NCBI GenBank assembly: GCA_964035545.1
Contig: OZ037767.1
Location: forward strand, 29,094,628-29,158,627
DNA length: 64,000 nt
From: Bugula neritina
Lineage: Eukaryota; Animalia; Bryozoa
Direction of reading: 5' to 3'
Shown here: positions 42,389-57,305 of the stretch, in pieces
Position numbering within the stretch: the first letter of the stretch is position 1
Layout: the number at the start of each line of letters is the position of its first letter
Made by a program: the position numbers and the translations under genes
Notes under the pieces: model-generated
The model's input: the letters and a program-made list of their open reading frames with translations, nothing else
Databases searched by the model: none
What the model was told of the DNA's origin: nothing

Positions 42389-45300
42389 TTAACTGCAACA
42401 GCCAGAATCAGTTTTATGTCTCTCAGTAATTTGAAAGTTATCTCTGGGTACTTCTGAACCGTAACCTTTCTTGATTCCATCCCAACCGTCAATAAGTTTT
42501 AGTCTGCCATCAGCTAGCATTCCATATATTTGTTTAGCCAAAGTCGTGAAAGCTGTTTGTACATTGTCCCCTGTAACTGAAAAGTTGATGCAACAATGTA
42601 AAAGCAACTTAAAGTGAGTGTAACTTCCTGGTACAATCAATGAATGTTATGGACCAAGAGCTGTGGATCTGCTAATTTGTTGCTTCTACTGCTTGTGGGA
42701 GAGAAATCACTGGGCCAATGCTAGCTAATAGTTTCCAACAACAAACAGGTGGTGTGTAGGCCTGTTGGGATGGCAAGATTCTAAAATTGTGGCAGAGAGA
42801 AAAAGCTGAGAAAAATTTTAATAAATCTTATAAAAGGCAAAAAATTAACAACAGATATAAGGCCAACAGTCTTAATGGACTAGATGGATGTTTTTAAAAT
42901 AAATTGTAACGCTACTAAAATCTTTTAAGCTTGAAGCATATAGCCCACAGCATAAAATGTAATTGGTTTATTACTATAGTGTGATTATTAGTAACTCATG
43001 CCTGCATAGATAGAGACTAAGAAACTTCTGAATAAACAGATATTACCCAAGATGTATGTAACTTGTAACTGTCATATTGAGTAAGATGTTTCGATTTACA
43101 CTAAAACTGGATCTAATAGTGGTTTTCAATTACCTGCAGATGTTTCTAAGAAGCTCAACCCATTCGCACTAGCAAACCTCTCTCCATCTGCCTCTGTGAT
43201 CACTCTTTCATGCGTCATGTCAGACTTGTGGCCTATTACCATGAAGACTGCTCTGCCTGGATCTATATACTAAGGGCAGAAATATTGATCCATCATAGAT
43301 AATTTATATATGAATTACAATACATAATAAAATTACAACCATCTAACTAAATTTATAGGCAAGTAAAATTGTAGGCTGCGCATAACATATTTGGCAGATC
43401 TTCAGCCTAGCCTAAATAGTTGGCATTTCTTAAAATGCTAAAAACTTATGCCAGACTACTATTTTATTCCTAATATCCCAATAATTTGCATAGACAAATT
43501 GATCTGAAATTCTGCTTTGCTACTTAGTAATAATGTTTTCTGAATAGATATACCTAGTCTATTAAGCAACTTCCATGAAAAATTTACTCTAAAGAAATTT
43601 AAATAGAAACTCCATTTTATAATGCATGTAATCAATTTAAAATGAATAAATGCATCATCTGTTCCAGTATTACCAGCAACTCTGCAAGTCTAACTTTTTC
43701 CTATATGTTAAATTGATGACTGACCAACACTTTGCAAACATCCATGAATTTTATTGGCAATTTGAGAGTAGTTGAAGGTGTTAAATCTCAAAATAAATAA
43801 TGATTAAAAAAAAAATTCTAACAGTCAATAAAGCTAATACAAACTTACCTTTAGTGCTTCATTTAGCCAGTTTAACATGTCTTCAAAAGATTCCCTGCTG
43901 GTTATATCATAAACCATGAGAACGCCAACTGAATTTCTGTAGTATGTTCGAGTTATAGACCTACAGCAAGATTAAACTTTTGGTCATTTGATGAACTTTT
44001 GTAATGCTATCTAAATATTTGAATTTTTTTCTCATTAAGTTATTGACTTCACAGATAATTATCTATTCCCTCTTCCTGCAAATCTTTGTAAAGGGTAAAT
44101 TAAAGTCCTGCAGTACAGTCTCTGGTCACGCTTAAATTTTGCAATAATCTCATAGTTAATAAAAGGTATGTGCAGTGGTAAAAATTGGTAGAAATTTCAC
44201 TGGGAAAATTACATCGAATTTGTTTATTTTTTAACGAATTACTAATTAAAGTCAACAAATATTGAGTAAGATAAGATAAGAGCTAATGAGTTGAATAACT
44301 GTATAAGCACCCTCTGAAGGATGGTACAAATGTTACCCTATTATTCAAATCAAAAACTGCTAACAAGATGTAGCACTTTGAACCCAGCTATCATGGCAGT
44401 GAACTTTTTAGCATCGGCAAGCTTGAGAGGGTGAAAGTGTTGTCAACAGCAACACTTTATTAGATAATTTTTTCTAAAAAAAGCTATGGGGGGGGGAATA
44501 AACCACTTGACAATAAACCACTTTAATATTAAAGTACTGAGTATTTATTGTCTTTTCCAGACTAAAAACAGCTTTAATCAATTGTAAACCTTTGTTTTTA
44601 AGGTCTCACCCAGTCAGTTTTATTATTGGCATCTGTCAGCATACATCAACAACATTATATATTATATAAGTCCTGTACATTCAAGAAATTTTTAATTTTA
44701 GGTATTTATACTTGTTCATAGACCATGAATATCATGTAATTACTGCTTTTAATGAATCACCACTGTGATTTAAAATACAACTTTCCAGACTAGAGTAATT
44801 GTTAGACTTACTGTGAGTGTATAACTATAAGTATAGGTCTTAACAAATACATTAACTATATACATAATCACAACTAATACAATGGCAGTATTATTAATGG
44901 TAATCATTATTTTTATCAAACTAATATTTACACTATTACTAATAGTTATTAGCTCAAATATAATTCAAACTTTCAGCCATAGTATAACAAATAAAACATG
45001 AATAAACACAATATGAACTTAAACAATAATATTAATATTACTATTAGGGTAGGTATGACTATTACTACTAGTATTTAACTATTTTCATTTGACTTACTAT
45101 TACTATTAGACATTAGCAGTGAGTCAGTATTAGCACTATTAGAACTATGTCTATTATAATTACCAATTAGTATTACTATTAGTATAAGTATTATCATTCT
45201 ATCAGTCAAATACTATTTGTATTACTATTAGTAAACAACAAGTAATAGTATTATAATCACTATAATACTGACTCTGACTAGGACTATCTCTATGAGTATG

Positions 45301-45848
45301 AGTAATTTAGTGTGAGTATCAGTACGCGTACGTAACTATCAGTATCACTAAGTATGTCTATGATCAACCTATCAAAACTTTAACGGCAAGATTAGGTATA
45401 ACATTAACTATTACATTACATTACATTAGAACTATAAGTACAACATCAACTCTAACCTTATATAGTTAGAATTAGACGTATTACAATTAGTACTACTACT
45501 AAGTATCATTATCTATTAAGTATTAATATTTCCAATAGTAATGACTAGTTCATCATCATCATGATCATTTAATTTTATATTAAATTCAACATTTCAAATT
45601 CAATATGAATATCTAGTTTCTAACCTAAACCTTTCTTGCCCAGCTGTATCCCACATTTGAAGCTTTACTCTTACTCCTGGAGATATCTCAACAACTTTAG
45701 CAAAAAAGTCTACACCTACTGTCGCTTCACTAACAGCAGGACACCTTCCTTCTGTGAAATATTTCAATAAGCTTGACTTTCCTACCATGGTGTTACCAAT
45801 CAATATTATTCTAAATTGATATGCGAAAGCTGGATCAACAGCATCCAT
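42389..45848 (-). CDS. RAB39: Ras-related protein Rab-39
   Basis: Exons about 45848-45625, 43961-43850, 43271-43134 and 42576-42389. [50 protein letters not shown], ETSA, the Rab39-type GWDGIKKG motif and a C-terminal CC. Confidence 0.92.
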
Positions 45849-46535
45849 GGTATCACTTGAACACAGAAAATTAGAAAACTGTTACATCACCAATGACAAT
45901 CACAATGAAAATACAAGTTTTAAGCCAGGAAAAGTTCAATCTAAATCTGCAATAGACTGGTCATATTGGAAATTTCTTGAAAACGAAACTTCAAACTGAT
46001 GTCTGACAACTGCTTCATATGTTATCGTATGAAAACTAGTAAATGTTCGGTAAGGTTATTCACAGGACTAGGCATCAATTATGGGAAGGCAACTCTGTGG
46101 TTTCCCTCATAATATTTCACTAAGTATGTTTGCAGCAAATCTAACTGCCTTAATCTTCCTAATCTACTTATTTGAGGCAATACTAACGAGTTAACAAATA
46201 AAAGAAATATTGCTTTCATGAATATTTCTACACAGACTAAAAAAAAGGCAAATTTAGAGGAACAATAGATCAACAGCTAGCATAACACCAACTCAAATTG
46301 AGACTGTTGCTAAATGAGCTAAGCAATATGAATTTATATGCCCCTGCATTTTACCAATTAACTTTTATTGCTAAGTTACCAAATTCTGTCAGTGTATTTA
46401 CAAAAATATTTACATTAGTTGATAAAAAAGCCAAGGTAGTATCTCAAAAAGTTAGAATCTACATTTAATCCTACTACAATTTAGATGAAAGTTATTAATA
46501 TTTTGAATAAAGTAGTGGGAATCCAACAGCTGTCT

Positions 46536-47713
46536 CTACTTCTTCTTGTTTTGCGAAGCTTCCTTACGCGCAGTATCCTGAAGAAGCTGAGTGTCACACT
46601 CATCTGCAGGAAGTTGAATATATCTAACCACTGAGCCTCTGATGAAACAGTTCTTTACTGACAGCTGCACAAGTAAAATAACAGCTCAATTTACAAACAA
46701 CTTTGTTACATGTGCATTTAGCAAAATATACACAAAATATTCAAAATAAAATATTCAATTTATTTATGATAACGCTCAGCAAATGATAGTTAAGCACCAC
46801 TCTCTGCATTACCAATGATTCGAGCAATAAACTAAATGTATATGTACTTCACATACCATATGAGGGTATCTGTCAGGGTCTGTCACAGATATGTCAGTTA
46901 GCTTGATGTTCAGGAACTGGTCAACAGAATGCAATGTGCCGTGGATACTAAAACAGGTTATAACTTAAAGCAGTGGGAACACAACTCTGAAAAAAATTCT
47001 TTTCACGTCTCATCTCTTGGTAAAGAGATAAATTATTTATTATAGCCTAGAATTTAATCATTCCAAACACAAGAACACTAGTCTATCAGCTTTACAAAAA
47101 AAGTAAAAAAAATATGTTGTCCACAAGGAGAAATAAAAAATGTGTACACATAATATATATCAAAGTACATATATTGCACAAAACATGTATAATAAATGCT
47201 GAAATTTTTTACCTTAGGTCATTCTTCAGTTCTACAACAACGTCTTTACCAACCAAAGATTTGAAGAAAGAATAGAAAAGCTACAATAAAAAACAAAATA
47301 AAGCAATATTAGTGAAAATAATCGGCCTCTAGCAGAAATTAAATTCAATTTAAATGTTAGTCACACCAAGAAGTGACTTCACCAGGATTGCAATTGATTA
47401 ATCAGTATCACACTGATGAAGAAAAAACTGAAGTCATGACTCATGGATCTGTCTTGAGTGGCATACTTTTAGCCATCACTGTCATTAAGCTCACAGTAAG
47501 AATAAGAGCAGGTATATATTAATATTGACAATAAAATGAAATGTAGCAAATATTAATTATAGCTAAACTTAGGATTACTCTTAGTCTTAGCCTTGCCCAT
47601 TGGTCTAGCTAGCTTTAGGTTTAACTTTAAGTAAAAGTTGCCTTTAATCTAATTATGTGAAAACTCAATGCCAGAGTAACAGTGGGTGATACACTTATAG
47701 TTAGCCTTACCAT
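46536..47713 (-). CDS. LSM2: U6 snRNA-associated Sm-like protein LSm2
   Basis: ATG-only first coding exon (47713-47711, ATG|gtaagg), then LFYSFFKSLVGKDVVVELKNDL / IHGTLHSVDQFLNIKLTDISVTDPDRYPHM / LSVKNCFIRGSVVRYIQLPADECDTQLLQD. Not in the ORF track. Confidence 0.93.
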
Positions 47714-48425
47714 TGTAGATGATGAATGCTCAGATTGAAGTTATACTTATACTTAGAGATGATCAGCTATCAATATCAGTCGCAAATCCAACTTCAACAG
47801 GATGAGGATGAACTTTAATTTAAGCAAGTCAGAAGTGAGACGATAGCAACAATGAAAAAGTAAAGCTGCTAAAATAAAAGTTCAGGTTGATGTTGAGAGC
47901 TAACAATGGTCAATTGCAATGACAATGTGAAACTCAAAGTGAATCCGAGAGTTGAACTTTAACTTGAAGTCTTGAACTTGATACCAGAAAGATGATAATG
48001 TATATGACTGACTATCCTTTTGTCAAAACAAGGAAAGACAGTATATGGCTAGAAATAAAACAAGTTGAGTTATACTGATAGGCGATAGCTACTAAACAGA
48101 TCTTTAGTCTGAACTCTGAAGGAACGCCACTCAAAGTCACCTTTGCTCAGTTTGAAATACTGTGGTGTGGTGGGAAACGACTATCAAAGTAAAAAAATTC
48201 AGAAAATGGTCAAAACTTGACTCTTTGTGGCTAAAGTGATAACTCAATGCTTTTCGTACGACAAATAATTTCCTACGATTTGTTGGAAGGTAACACTGGT
48301 TTTAATTCGAGTTTCTCTAAAGTTCCGAGAAGGAGTTTCGCTTTCCCAATTTAGTTCAATTTCTTCTATTCATTAAACGTTTGTCGTGCGACTTTAAACT
48401 TGAAAAATTGTAGTTATATATTACG
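47714..48425. promoter_or_regulatory. Probable bidirectional promoter region between LSM2 and PSMB1
   Basis: Divergent start codons about 710 bp apart, with local enrichment of CpG at about 48250-48400. Confidence 0.55.
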
Positions 48426-51204
48426 ATGGAGGTAGAGAGAAGAGGTTTAGAAGGTTACACAAACGTGCCGAAAGAAGCACGGTTCAGTCCTTATGCTATG
48501 CATGGAGGGTTAGTCATATTTCTATTTGATATGATGATATATGACGTGAAAATGAATGAGGAATTTTGATTGTCATTTCAACTTGCACATTTTGATTTAA
48601 ATGTTAATTTTTATTTTGTGATAGTGATCTTGAAGTTTAAAAGTATATGTTATATCTGCACCGCGAGATTGAACTAGCGGCATTGCATTCAATTTCAAAT
48701 TTTGATCATGATGCTCGTGCAGTCTCAGTCTGTCACTTTTGTCATACTCAGTGATACTGATATTGATAGTAATACTCCTAGTCCTAGTAATAATGATACT
48801 CATAGTCGTACTCAAAGTCATGCTGGTATTGATGTCATAGTGACTCATAGTGATACTAACGGTTATGAGGTGACTACCAGTACCAGTATCACTATGTCAA
48901 TGTGAATATGTATCATACCTTCTACTTAGTAGCCTACATACATAATGAAAATGAAAATATCGGATATTGATTCTAGGTTTATATTTTAATTATATAACAT
49001 AATTTTTCCTTATTATTACATATAATTAATATTTTATAGACAGATATACACATGCATGCACACGCTCAAGTATATTTAGCTTTAAAGTTGATTGCCTTCA
49101 AAAAGTTTAAAATAAAATAATATATTGAACATAATTTATATTGGGTTAGTGCATATAATTGTTTTGTTCAGGCAACAATAAATTGAAATGTGTAGAATTA
49201 CACTGAAATTGAATATATTTTGCAAAATATTGACATAAATGTTATATGTATGACATTATATTTTATAGTTATACCCTACAAGCAAATTGAATAAGTGCTA
49301 TAATATTGGGTTATTGTTTAATATAGGCTATTTATTTGCCTTTAGGACATGTCTAGCTATATCAGGAGATGACTACGCTCTCATTGCATGCGATACAAGA
49401 CTTAGTGAAGGGTTTTCTATTCTTTCAAGGGATACTTCAAAGACCTTCAAACTGTAAGTTCAAACATGTTCTAATGAAAGTACAGCTTAGCTGCACATGG
49501 CATTCTCTGTACAATTGTAAATACTCTACTTGCTGACGTGTGTAAGCAAATCAATTTACCCTGTAATGCTGCTGGTACTGTACTGTATTATTCAAGTTGC
49601 TGCAATTGTTTATTCCCAGATTTGTAGACTAAGTTCATAAACACAAAAATATTTTTACAGGACTGACACTACACTTTTAGGCTGCACCGGTTTCCATGGA
49701 GATGTCCTAACTCTAACAAAAAATATCCGAGCTCGTCTGACGGTATGTCTTTTTCATTAACTACTTTAGTACAAATAGAGTTTAGTAGAATAGACATGCC
49801 ATTGACTTGCATCTCAGTTAACTTTCTGCTTTCTTTTGAGACTGGTTCAGTTTGAAATATCAGTACCTCATCCCTACTGCAATGTCACATTCTTGTTATA
49901 TATTCAGTTTCTTGCTTTAAAAATTACCTGTCTTCTGCACTTTTAACAGTTTAAGACTTGCAATGAAGATCTGTGCTTGTCAGATTAAAATAATTTCATT
50001 GTTTGAAGTCGCAAATGCATCAATTGAGTTAATACTGAAGTTTTAGCTATACCTTTTTATGAGCCTCTGTTAAAGATATTTTGTATTGTCTTCCTACAAT
50101 GCAGAAATACATTTTCATAATGTTTGTTAGGATCAGTAAGTCAGGCTTTATAATGACAGAAAACTGACCTTTGTAAGTTGAAATATATTCACTTTTGTCA
50201 TTATTTGATTAGCTATGCAGTGGAGTTTATTGCTATTTTTGTTAGATGTATGAACAAGAGCATGGAAAGAAGATGAAGACGTCAGCTATTGCTGCCATGC
50301 TGTCAACTATGCTGTATCAAAGGAGATTCTTCCCATTCTATGTCGGCAATATCATAGCCGGTCTGGATGAAGAAGGTCTTTACTTGCAATTATTTGTATC
50401 TTATGTGCCTGCTTAGTTTTCTACTTTGGTTTCTGGTCAACTTTTAGTGAATTGTGTGCAATCATAGCACCACATTGAACTCTCATTACTTGTAGTCTCA
50501 GTCTCTAGTTATAAACTCATATCCTTAAAACTTAAGTAGCCTTGAAATTGTAGCTTCCATGCAGAGCTGTTGCATTGAGATTACGCAGTAGTCCCTGTGG
50601 TAGTTGTTTTACATTTTCTGACACCATCAATATTTACATTTACTACTGTCATAGTTATGACCCTTCAGTGCAGCTTACGTTTTCTTGGTGCATGCAGGTA
50701 AAGGCGCCGTGTATAGCTTTGACCCAGTTGGTTCGTATCAAAGACACGTGTACAGGGCTGGGGGGTCGGGTGCCCCGATGTTGCAACCTCTGCTAGAAAA
50801 CCAGGCAAGTATTCATCAAGTTCATGCAAGTCATAGATTGTGTATTGTAGTTACATTGTTGGAATTGTCTTCTATCTGAAGAAGAAGCATAAGAAACTTC
50901 TTTAGTAACTAACAGACTGGCAATTGTGTTATCATACTTTATGGCATTGTAAATTAGTATCTTCTCTCTTAGTTTGTGTTTTGTTCTTGGGTTTTTTTAA
51001 TACAGATTTAAATTTCTGCAGGTTGGAGGCAAAAATCAAGTTGGTGAAGTGCCACCCATGAGTGTAGAAAAGGCTATACTTTTGGCTAAAGATGTATTTA
51101 TCTCAGCAGCTGAAAGGGACATTTACACTGGTGATGCTTTGCAAATACAGGTTATAACTAAAGATGGCATTAAAGTAGAAGTTTTCCCTCTGAGGCGTGA
51201 TTAA
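48426..51204 (+). CDS. PSMB1: Proteasome subunit beta type-1
   Basis: Six exons: [10 protein letters not shown] / [22 protein letters not shown] / [13 protein letters not shown] / [20 protein letters not shown] / [20 protein letters not shown] (GC donor) / [20 protein letters not shown]. Confidence 0.95.
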
Positions 51205-51694
51205 ATTATTGCTAATAAACCAACACAACAATTCGTATATAATACTAAACATATTTCTCTTTTATTAGTAATCAAATAAACCATTCACACTCAACAGTAT
51301 ACTGTCTTGTACTAATTGGTGTAATTACAACATATCAGTGCAAACATTATGTTCTCATTATATCTAAATTCGAAGTAGAAAGTTTCATCTAAATTATATT
51401 ACATAATGCTGAAAGCTGGTCAAGTTCCAAGTTCAAGGTTTTTAATACAATTCAATGCTCATAGCTCAACTGGCACAGTTAAAGGCTCTATCTTCTCTCA
51501 TTTTTTTGTTAGTTATATGGCATAGAAGGGTGCCTAGCTAAGTAACAAATAAACTCTATCAACATAATAAACAGTCAAAGTGTTAGTACAATATATACAC
51601 AGCAAGGTTAGTATGGAATGAAGCTAGATATTGTCACTATAGGAGAATAGATATTCTCCTGGAAACAGTCACTGTGATGTTTCCATGCCACAGA

Positions 51695-54600
51695 TCACGG
51701 CTGTAGTGCAGCTTCTGGTGAGTTTATAGCTGTCACTGCATCCATCTTAGTTGGTCTCACTGTATGCATCTTCTTCTTTCTCATCCTCTTCGGTTTCTTT
51801 GGCGAGATTACCGAATTACTGCTATTGAACCGGAAGCTGTTGGCGAAAAAGTATCAGTTTAAATTTTATTTTCTATACAATATCACTGATGTGCTTCTCT
51901 GAATGGTTATGGGTTTTACACACTGAAATACTTGTACTAGACTACTTTAGTTTTATAATATAATACATTTGTATCAATAGCCTGGGATATTTTTATTGAT
52001 TAGGCTAACTGCATGTCCAGCTTAGAAAGAAGCTTTGAAATCACCCTGTTAATCACAAATGATAACATTTCTAGCGAGATCCGAAATCAACCTAAGATTA
52101 CCTGAAATGGTTCCAGTTACATTTCTTCATACTACCACACAGTTGCTCCATACGAAGGTTCGGACAAGAGATGTTTTCTGTCCACTCAAGGACTGTGCGT
52201 GTTCTTGTTTTAGTACCGTATCCACAGGTACGGCTACAGTTGCTCCACTCACTCCATTCGCTAACTGTACACGCTCTCTTGGCGTAGTTCCCAGCAACTA
52301 CATAAGATTACAAGAGATTGCATTTAAGTCTGTACAACCAACTGTATCTATGAGAATCTTCTTCTATAACTGCTATTGCTAATTTGCCTCAAAACATACA
52401 TGAGTATATTGTTTAGTAACTCAAGAGGGCAAAGGTTGAAGTATTTCCGATGCTAATGCTAGGGTTTCAAAGTTCCTGCTTGCATCAAAGACACTGCTAA
52501 AGGATTTAGCACACACAGCACTGGCACTCATAAAACCTGACAGTTGAATTGGAGCCAAAGTCTCTGAGACTTAATTTTAAAACAGTAAATATTATTTCTG
52601 CTCCACCAAGATTAAGTCATAGAGAAGACTATAGTATATGCACCGTAATATAGTATATACCTACCTACTTAGTTTGCATTATACATTATAAAAAACTGTA
52701 GGCATTTGTACTGTCATTTCCAACATGTAATTATGATGAAAAATATTGTTAAAAGTATTATTTATCTGAAAAGTTAGGATTCACTAACAATGTCGCTTAG
52801 CATTGACACACTGTAAAACATTCCCTACAGTAATGTAGATGTTCAACTTGACCTGCTGCGCACTTGAACTATTCATTTAATACAGGCTCACACATAGCCC
52901 CACCCCCTGCTGCTACGTAGGAATTTTTCTATTTAAATTTATATACAATTATTTATATATGGTTGAGTGTGCCGAGTCAGCACATATATTATACATGGTG
53001 TAAGCTGTCCGCTGTTTGTCTTTCCATGCACTCTGGTCCCTGTATAACTATGACTGCTAAGCCTATTCGGTTGCTTGTTAGTGATGAAAGTCAAAGTGAT
53101 CGACTTCGCAACCTTAGCTTTGATGCATAGAAAGAGAGTGTAGATGTTACTTACCATCATCGTTGTCTGGGGGCAGAATTTTATTGGACTCTACAGCCTC
53201 TAAGTGTTCTATCTCTGGTATGTTGGTTGTTGTTTGTCTATTTGGGCTTGAAGACATCAGTGTACGATCTGTTGTATCATCTGCAGACGTAAACACAAGC
53301 AACTCTTCATTACATCATACAGCAAATACACAAATAGTAATTTAGAGTTCCAATGTTAGTACCATTATAACTATCTAGTCCACTTACTGCTCATATCTGT
53401 ATGATTAGTACTGGCTGAAAAGAGTTGAGTCACAGGGGTAGATGTGATAGACGTAGTAGTTGGTACAGTGTTCACATCAGCACCAGAAGTTAGAGAAGCA
53501 TTCTGTGAGTTCACAACTCCGGATGCGCTAGAAGTTTCAGCTGTTGTTGACTGCTCATCAGCCATCTTGTTCATTTTGATCCGTTCTAGTATTGCCTTAA
53601 GTTTTTTGCTCATTCTCGGTGGTGACTCGCTAGTCGCTAAGCTGAGAGGCGGCACTGTTATAAGATGTGCAGACGTGTTCTCTGGAGAAGTTGCAGCTGC
53701 CTGTGTACTGACAGAATAAACTTGCTGCGGAATAGGTCTGGGAAGGTGCAATACCGGGGGTTTCAGAATGCCTCGACTGCGCCCTTTAACCAATTGAAAT
53801 AAAAAATGTGTTGAACATAATTTGTTTTCCGTCAATACAACTCAACACTGTTTTGGATTTGATACTAAAAATTACTGTCTAAGATACCTGCAATTAGAAT
53901 AGTTTACTAACCTATCAGTTCGTCTGCATACATTTTATCAAGTGTTGTAGCCTCATGTACTCTAGATTCTGCTGCAGTTTCTGACTCATCTTTTGCTATT
54001 AAAACAAGAATTCTATAAAATATACATATTTTTTGCCCACTTGGCAATCTTGAGATCATATAATGTCTAGCATATACTTTCAGCTTACCATGATACAGGT
54101 GCATGAGCTGTATTTTCACTCTAGCTATAGGAGGCAGTTTTGTCAGATGAGGATAGTAAAAAGCATCTGCCGTGTGGTTTGGGTAAGTGTTGGTTATTTC
54201 TGTGATAACTTCTTGAGGGTCACTTTGCCATCGTGGAGATGAAAATGTGTAACCTGACGGAAAGGGAAGTTAAGATACAACTCTTTAGAATTTCTTGTTT
54301 TTACCTCAAATACAACCTATAATAGTTTTTCAAGTCATCTATGTAACAGAATATAAATTAAGACAGCAGTAATAGTGACGGAAATTATATTCTGATGATG
54401 TTGCTTAGCCTTTCTTGCATTTAATACAATTATAATGGCCAACAAGAATGGCTACACACTCTTACCAAGCTTATGCTGTCTAATTTGTTGAAAAAGCAAT
54501 GTTTTTCACTTCAAGCTCATAGTCTAGTTCCTAATGCATGAAGGATTCTAATAGATTTCCTACCTCTTTGTGAGCCACCATCAAGAGGCCATAACTCCAA

Positions 54601-55781
54601 CTCTTTATGGGTGACCCAATCATCTCCTTCATGCAATGAATAGCTATTTACACCAACAAACCAATCTGGACTTGGTACAATCTTCACCGCAAATGAGATC
54701 TTCAAACAAAGTAGGCTTTTAATACAATAAAATACGAATATGACTAGAGGCAGCACTGAGTTGGGGATGACTAAGTACAGTATTTGTATACACATCGTTG
54801 TTTGAACTCCAAACCCCAAACTAATACACTCAGTGACCATCAACTCGGTGCTGCTTCAATCGATATTTTAAAGATACAGTCTCTACTGTCTATGAAGCTG
54901 AAAATGAAGTTCTTAAAGAACAAACAGCCTCATAAACGTGAGAAGCTATTCAGACTTACATGATTTCTTGTGCAGTCAGCAAAAAATTTTGCTTCACTAA
55001 TCCCAGAGCCAGTGTCTAAAGACTGGGAGGTGAAAGAATCTAATATATCAGTATGACCTTGACCTTCTGCACTGAGTGGTGTCGTGTCTCCAAACTCTGC
55101 GTACCACCGAAATGCTTCACTCATAAACTCACCCATAGCAAACATCTTATAGTTGGTAGAGTGCGTTCTACCTGCAATACAACCCCATAACAAGTTGTAA
55201 CTCTTTTTTATGTACCACAGGCTAACAATAAGTGAGAGATTGCGAAGGTTTCATTTGTGAAAAGTGTCTATGAAACAACTACCTATCAGAGAAGCCCACT
55301 CTGCTTTGGGTCTAGACTCAGGATAGACTTTTGGAAAGTGAGCCTTAGTCCAGAGGCCCTCAAAAGTAACTTGATAGTACGCTATAGAAGACGGGTTGCA
55401 TGTGCTGCTAAGGCTATGTTTAGAATATATAACCAACATCAGCAAGACTTGCAACACTTCAGACCTAAAATCAAATGCATGAAGGAAAAAATTGCTAAAA
55501 GCTTGATTGAATATAAGGTTGTATGCAACACAATAAAATGATTTAGTGCAACATATTTCCTACATATATTGTATATTAAATAACATTAATTTAAAATGTT
55601 TAACATTCTAATATGAATATTATATGCAAAATAAACAACTCTTGCAATAAATAAAGCTAAAAGTTGCGATTTTCATCATTTAAATTTTCTACAATTTACC
55701 AATGCAGATGTTCTATTTAGTATATATATCCCGCTGAGCAAACAGGTAGCCCAAAGTTTAGTAAAGTGATATTTACCTCAT
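51695..55781 (-). CDS. Spondin-2/mindin-like secreted protein (Spondin_N domain, Ser/Thr-rich linker, one TSP1 repeat)
   Basis: Signal peptide MRSEVLQVLLMLVIY. Spondin_N motifs YQVTFEGLW..HFPKVYP..RP.AEW, GRTHS, KIVPSPDWFVGV and PNHTADAFYYPHL. TSP1 CTVSEWSEWSNCSRTCGYGTKTRTR in an exon at about 52297-52102. Basic C-terminal tail. Confidence 0.85.
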
Positions 55782-57305
55782 GTTGTTTAGAAAATGGCTG
55801 CAGCTACAAGCTTTAGTCTACTCCAGTCTTAGAGAAGAGCAATACTAAAACTTATCTTGGCAGAGGTTCATGCAAAACTGTAACACAAAAACGGTAGATT
55901 TACAATTATCTGAGCTAATTTCAAACACTGCTTTGATTACAGCGTCTACATATGGGAGGCAGATGAGTGTAAAGAACTTTGCCACCTCTGTATTTATACC
56001 CTGACGAAAGGCTGCAAACCAATGCAACACATGATACTATTTGACCTGGGAGAAGCACTGTTTTTGTTAAAACATAGCTTGAAATTAATCTAATAATAGC
56101 ATGACAAATAGAAAATAATACATTTCGTATTATGTGAATGAGTTGCCATTTCGACATAACAAGTTCATTAGCAGGTATAATCATGCAAACATACGTCCTT
56201 GCTGCCTGTAAAGTCAGCTAAAGGTTAGGCAGCGCTGCCTAGTTAGCTGCACAGGGAATAGATCTAGGTGTGCAATAATATTATTCAATTTGTTGGCTAG
56301 AAGCTGTACTAGACTGTTCTCACTAGGTATCACAATTGCTCGTTCTATGCAACGAAATATATTTAAAAACACAACTCAGAAAATATTGTAAATTTCCAAC
56401 AACTGGTAAATGAAGAGTGGTGTAAGCAATACAGCCCATGAAATATAATATTTAATACCTGATGCTTACAAATATAATATTACAAGATAGTAAGTGGAAT
56501 AACAAATATAATGTGATATTAGTAACTCATTAAATTAATAAGTACTCTGCAAAAACACATCTGCTAAAAGTACAAACAGGCTGCATATCAAAAAATTATA
56601 AAGGCACACAATTATAGTTTGCTAATTAGAAATGTAAACAGTAGAACTACCATGTTACATAACTTATAATGAGTGAAAAATACAAAGGTTGAAAAATAAA
56701 TATATATTGGCTGTAACATCACCATGTCAACTCAGAGAAACATATTATTTTAGAGCAAGTTTTGAGGTTGTTATTGAAAGTGTTATGTTTGAGTCCCAAA
56801 CTAAAATATAAATTTTTGCACTTCAAAAAGACTAACAATTTTCTAGCTAAAACACAGTAATGCCAATAAATTAGTAAAGAAAAACTGTCATACCATAAGC
56901 TACATAGTTCAGCAAATTTAACATAAAACATACGATTTTTGTAAATAATGCATTTGAAATCAATTATTAGCAATATTTGTTGCCCTACTAAATCAGTTTC
57001 TGTATAAATGAGATACAGATGGAGACAGGCCATTAGTCATAGCGAATGTTATGAGTGCCAGATGTGAAAAGATGCTTAACACAATGCTGTGTACAATCAT
57101 CATACTGTATCGACAGCCATGTTGACTGCTGCATCATCCTCCTGCAGTGCTTGCAGTGCAAGTAAGCGTAGAGAATAATATTTTTCAGATTTCAGTTTGG
57201 ACAATTTAAAGTTTTAATGGAAAAATACTAGCGTAGGATGGGTGTTACAAGACCACATCTCTAAGTACCAGAAGGACATGCTAGGCGATTCATTAATACT
57301 CATGA

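Noticed and set aside
52850-52930. Possible extra TSP1-like exon in the spondin gene (GGGAMCEPVLNE*FKC)
   Set aside because: Contains an in-frame stop and the flanking exons join in phase without it; the similarity is too weak to support.
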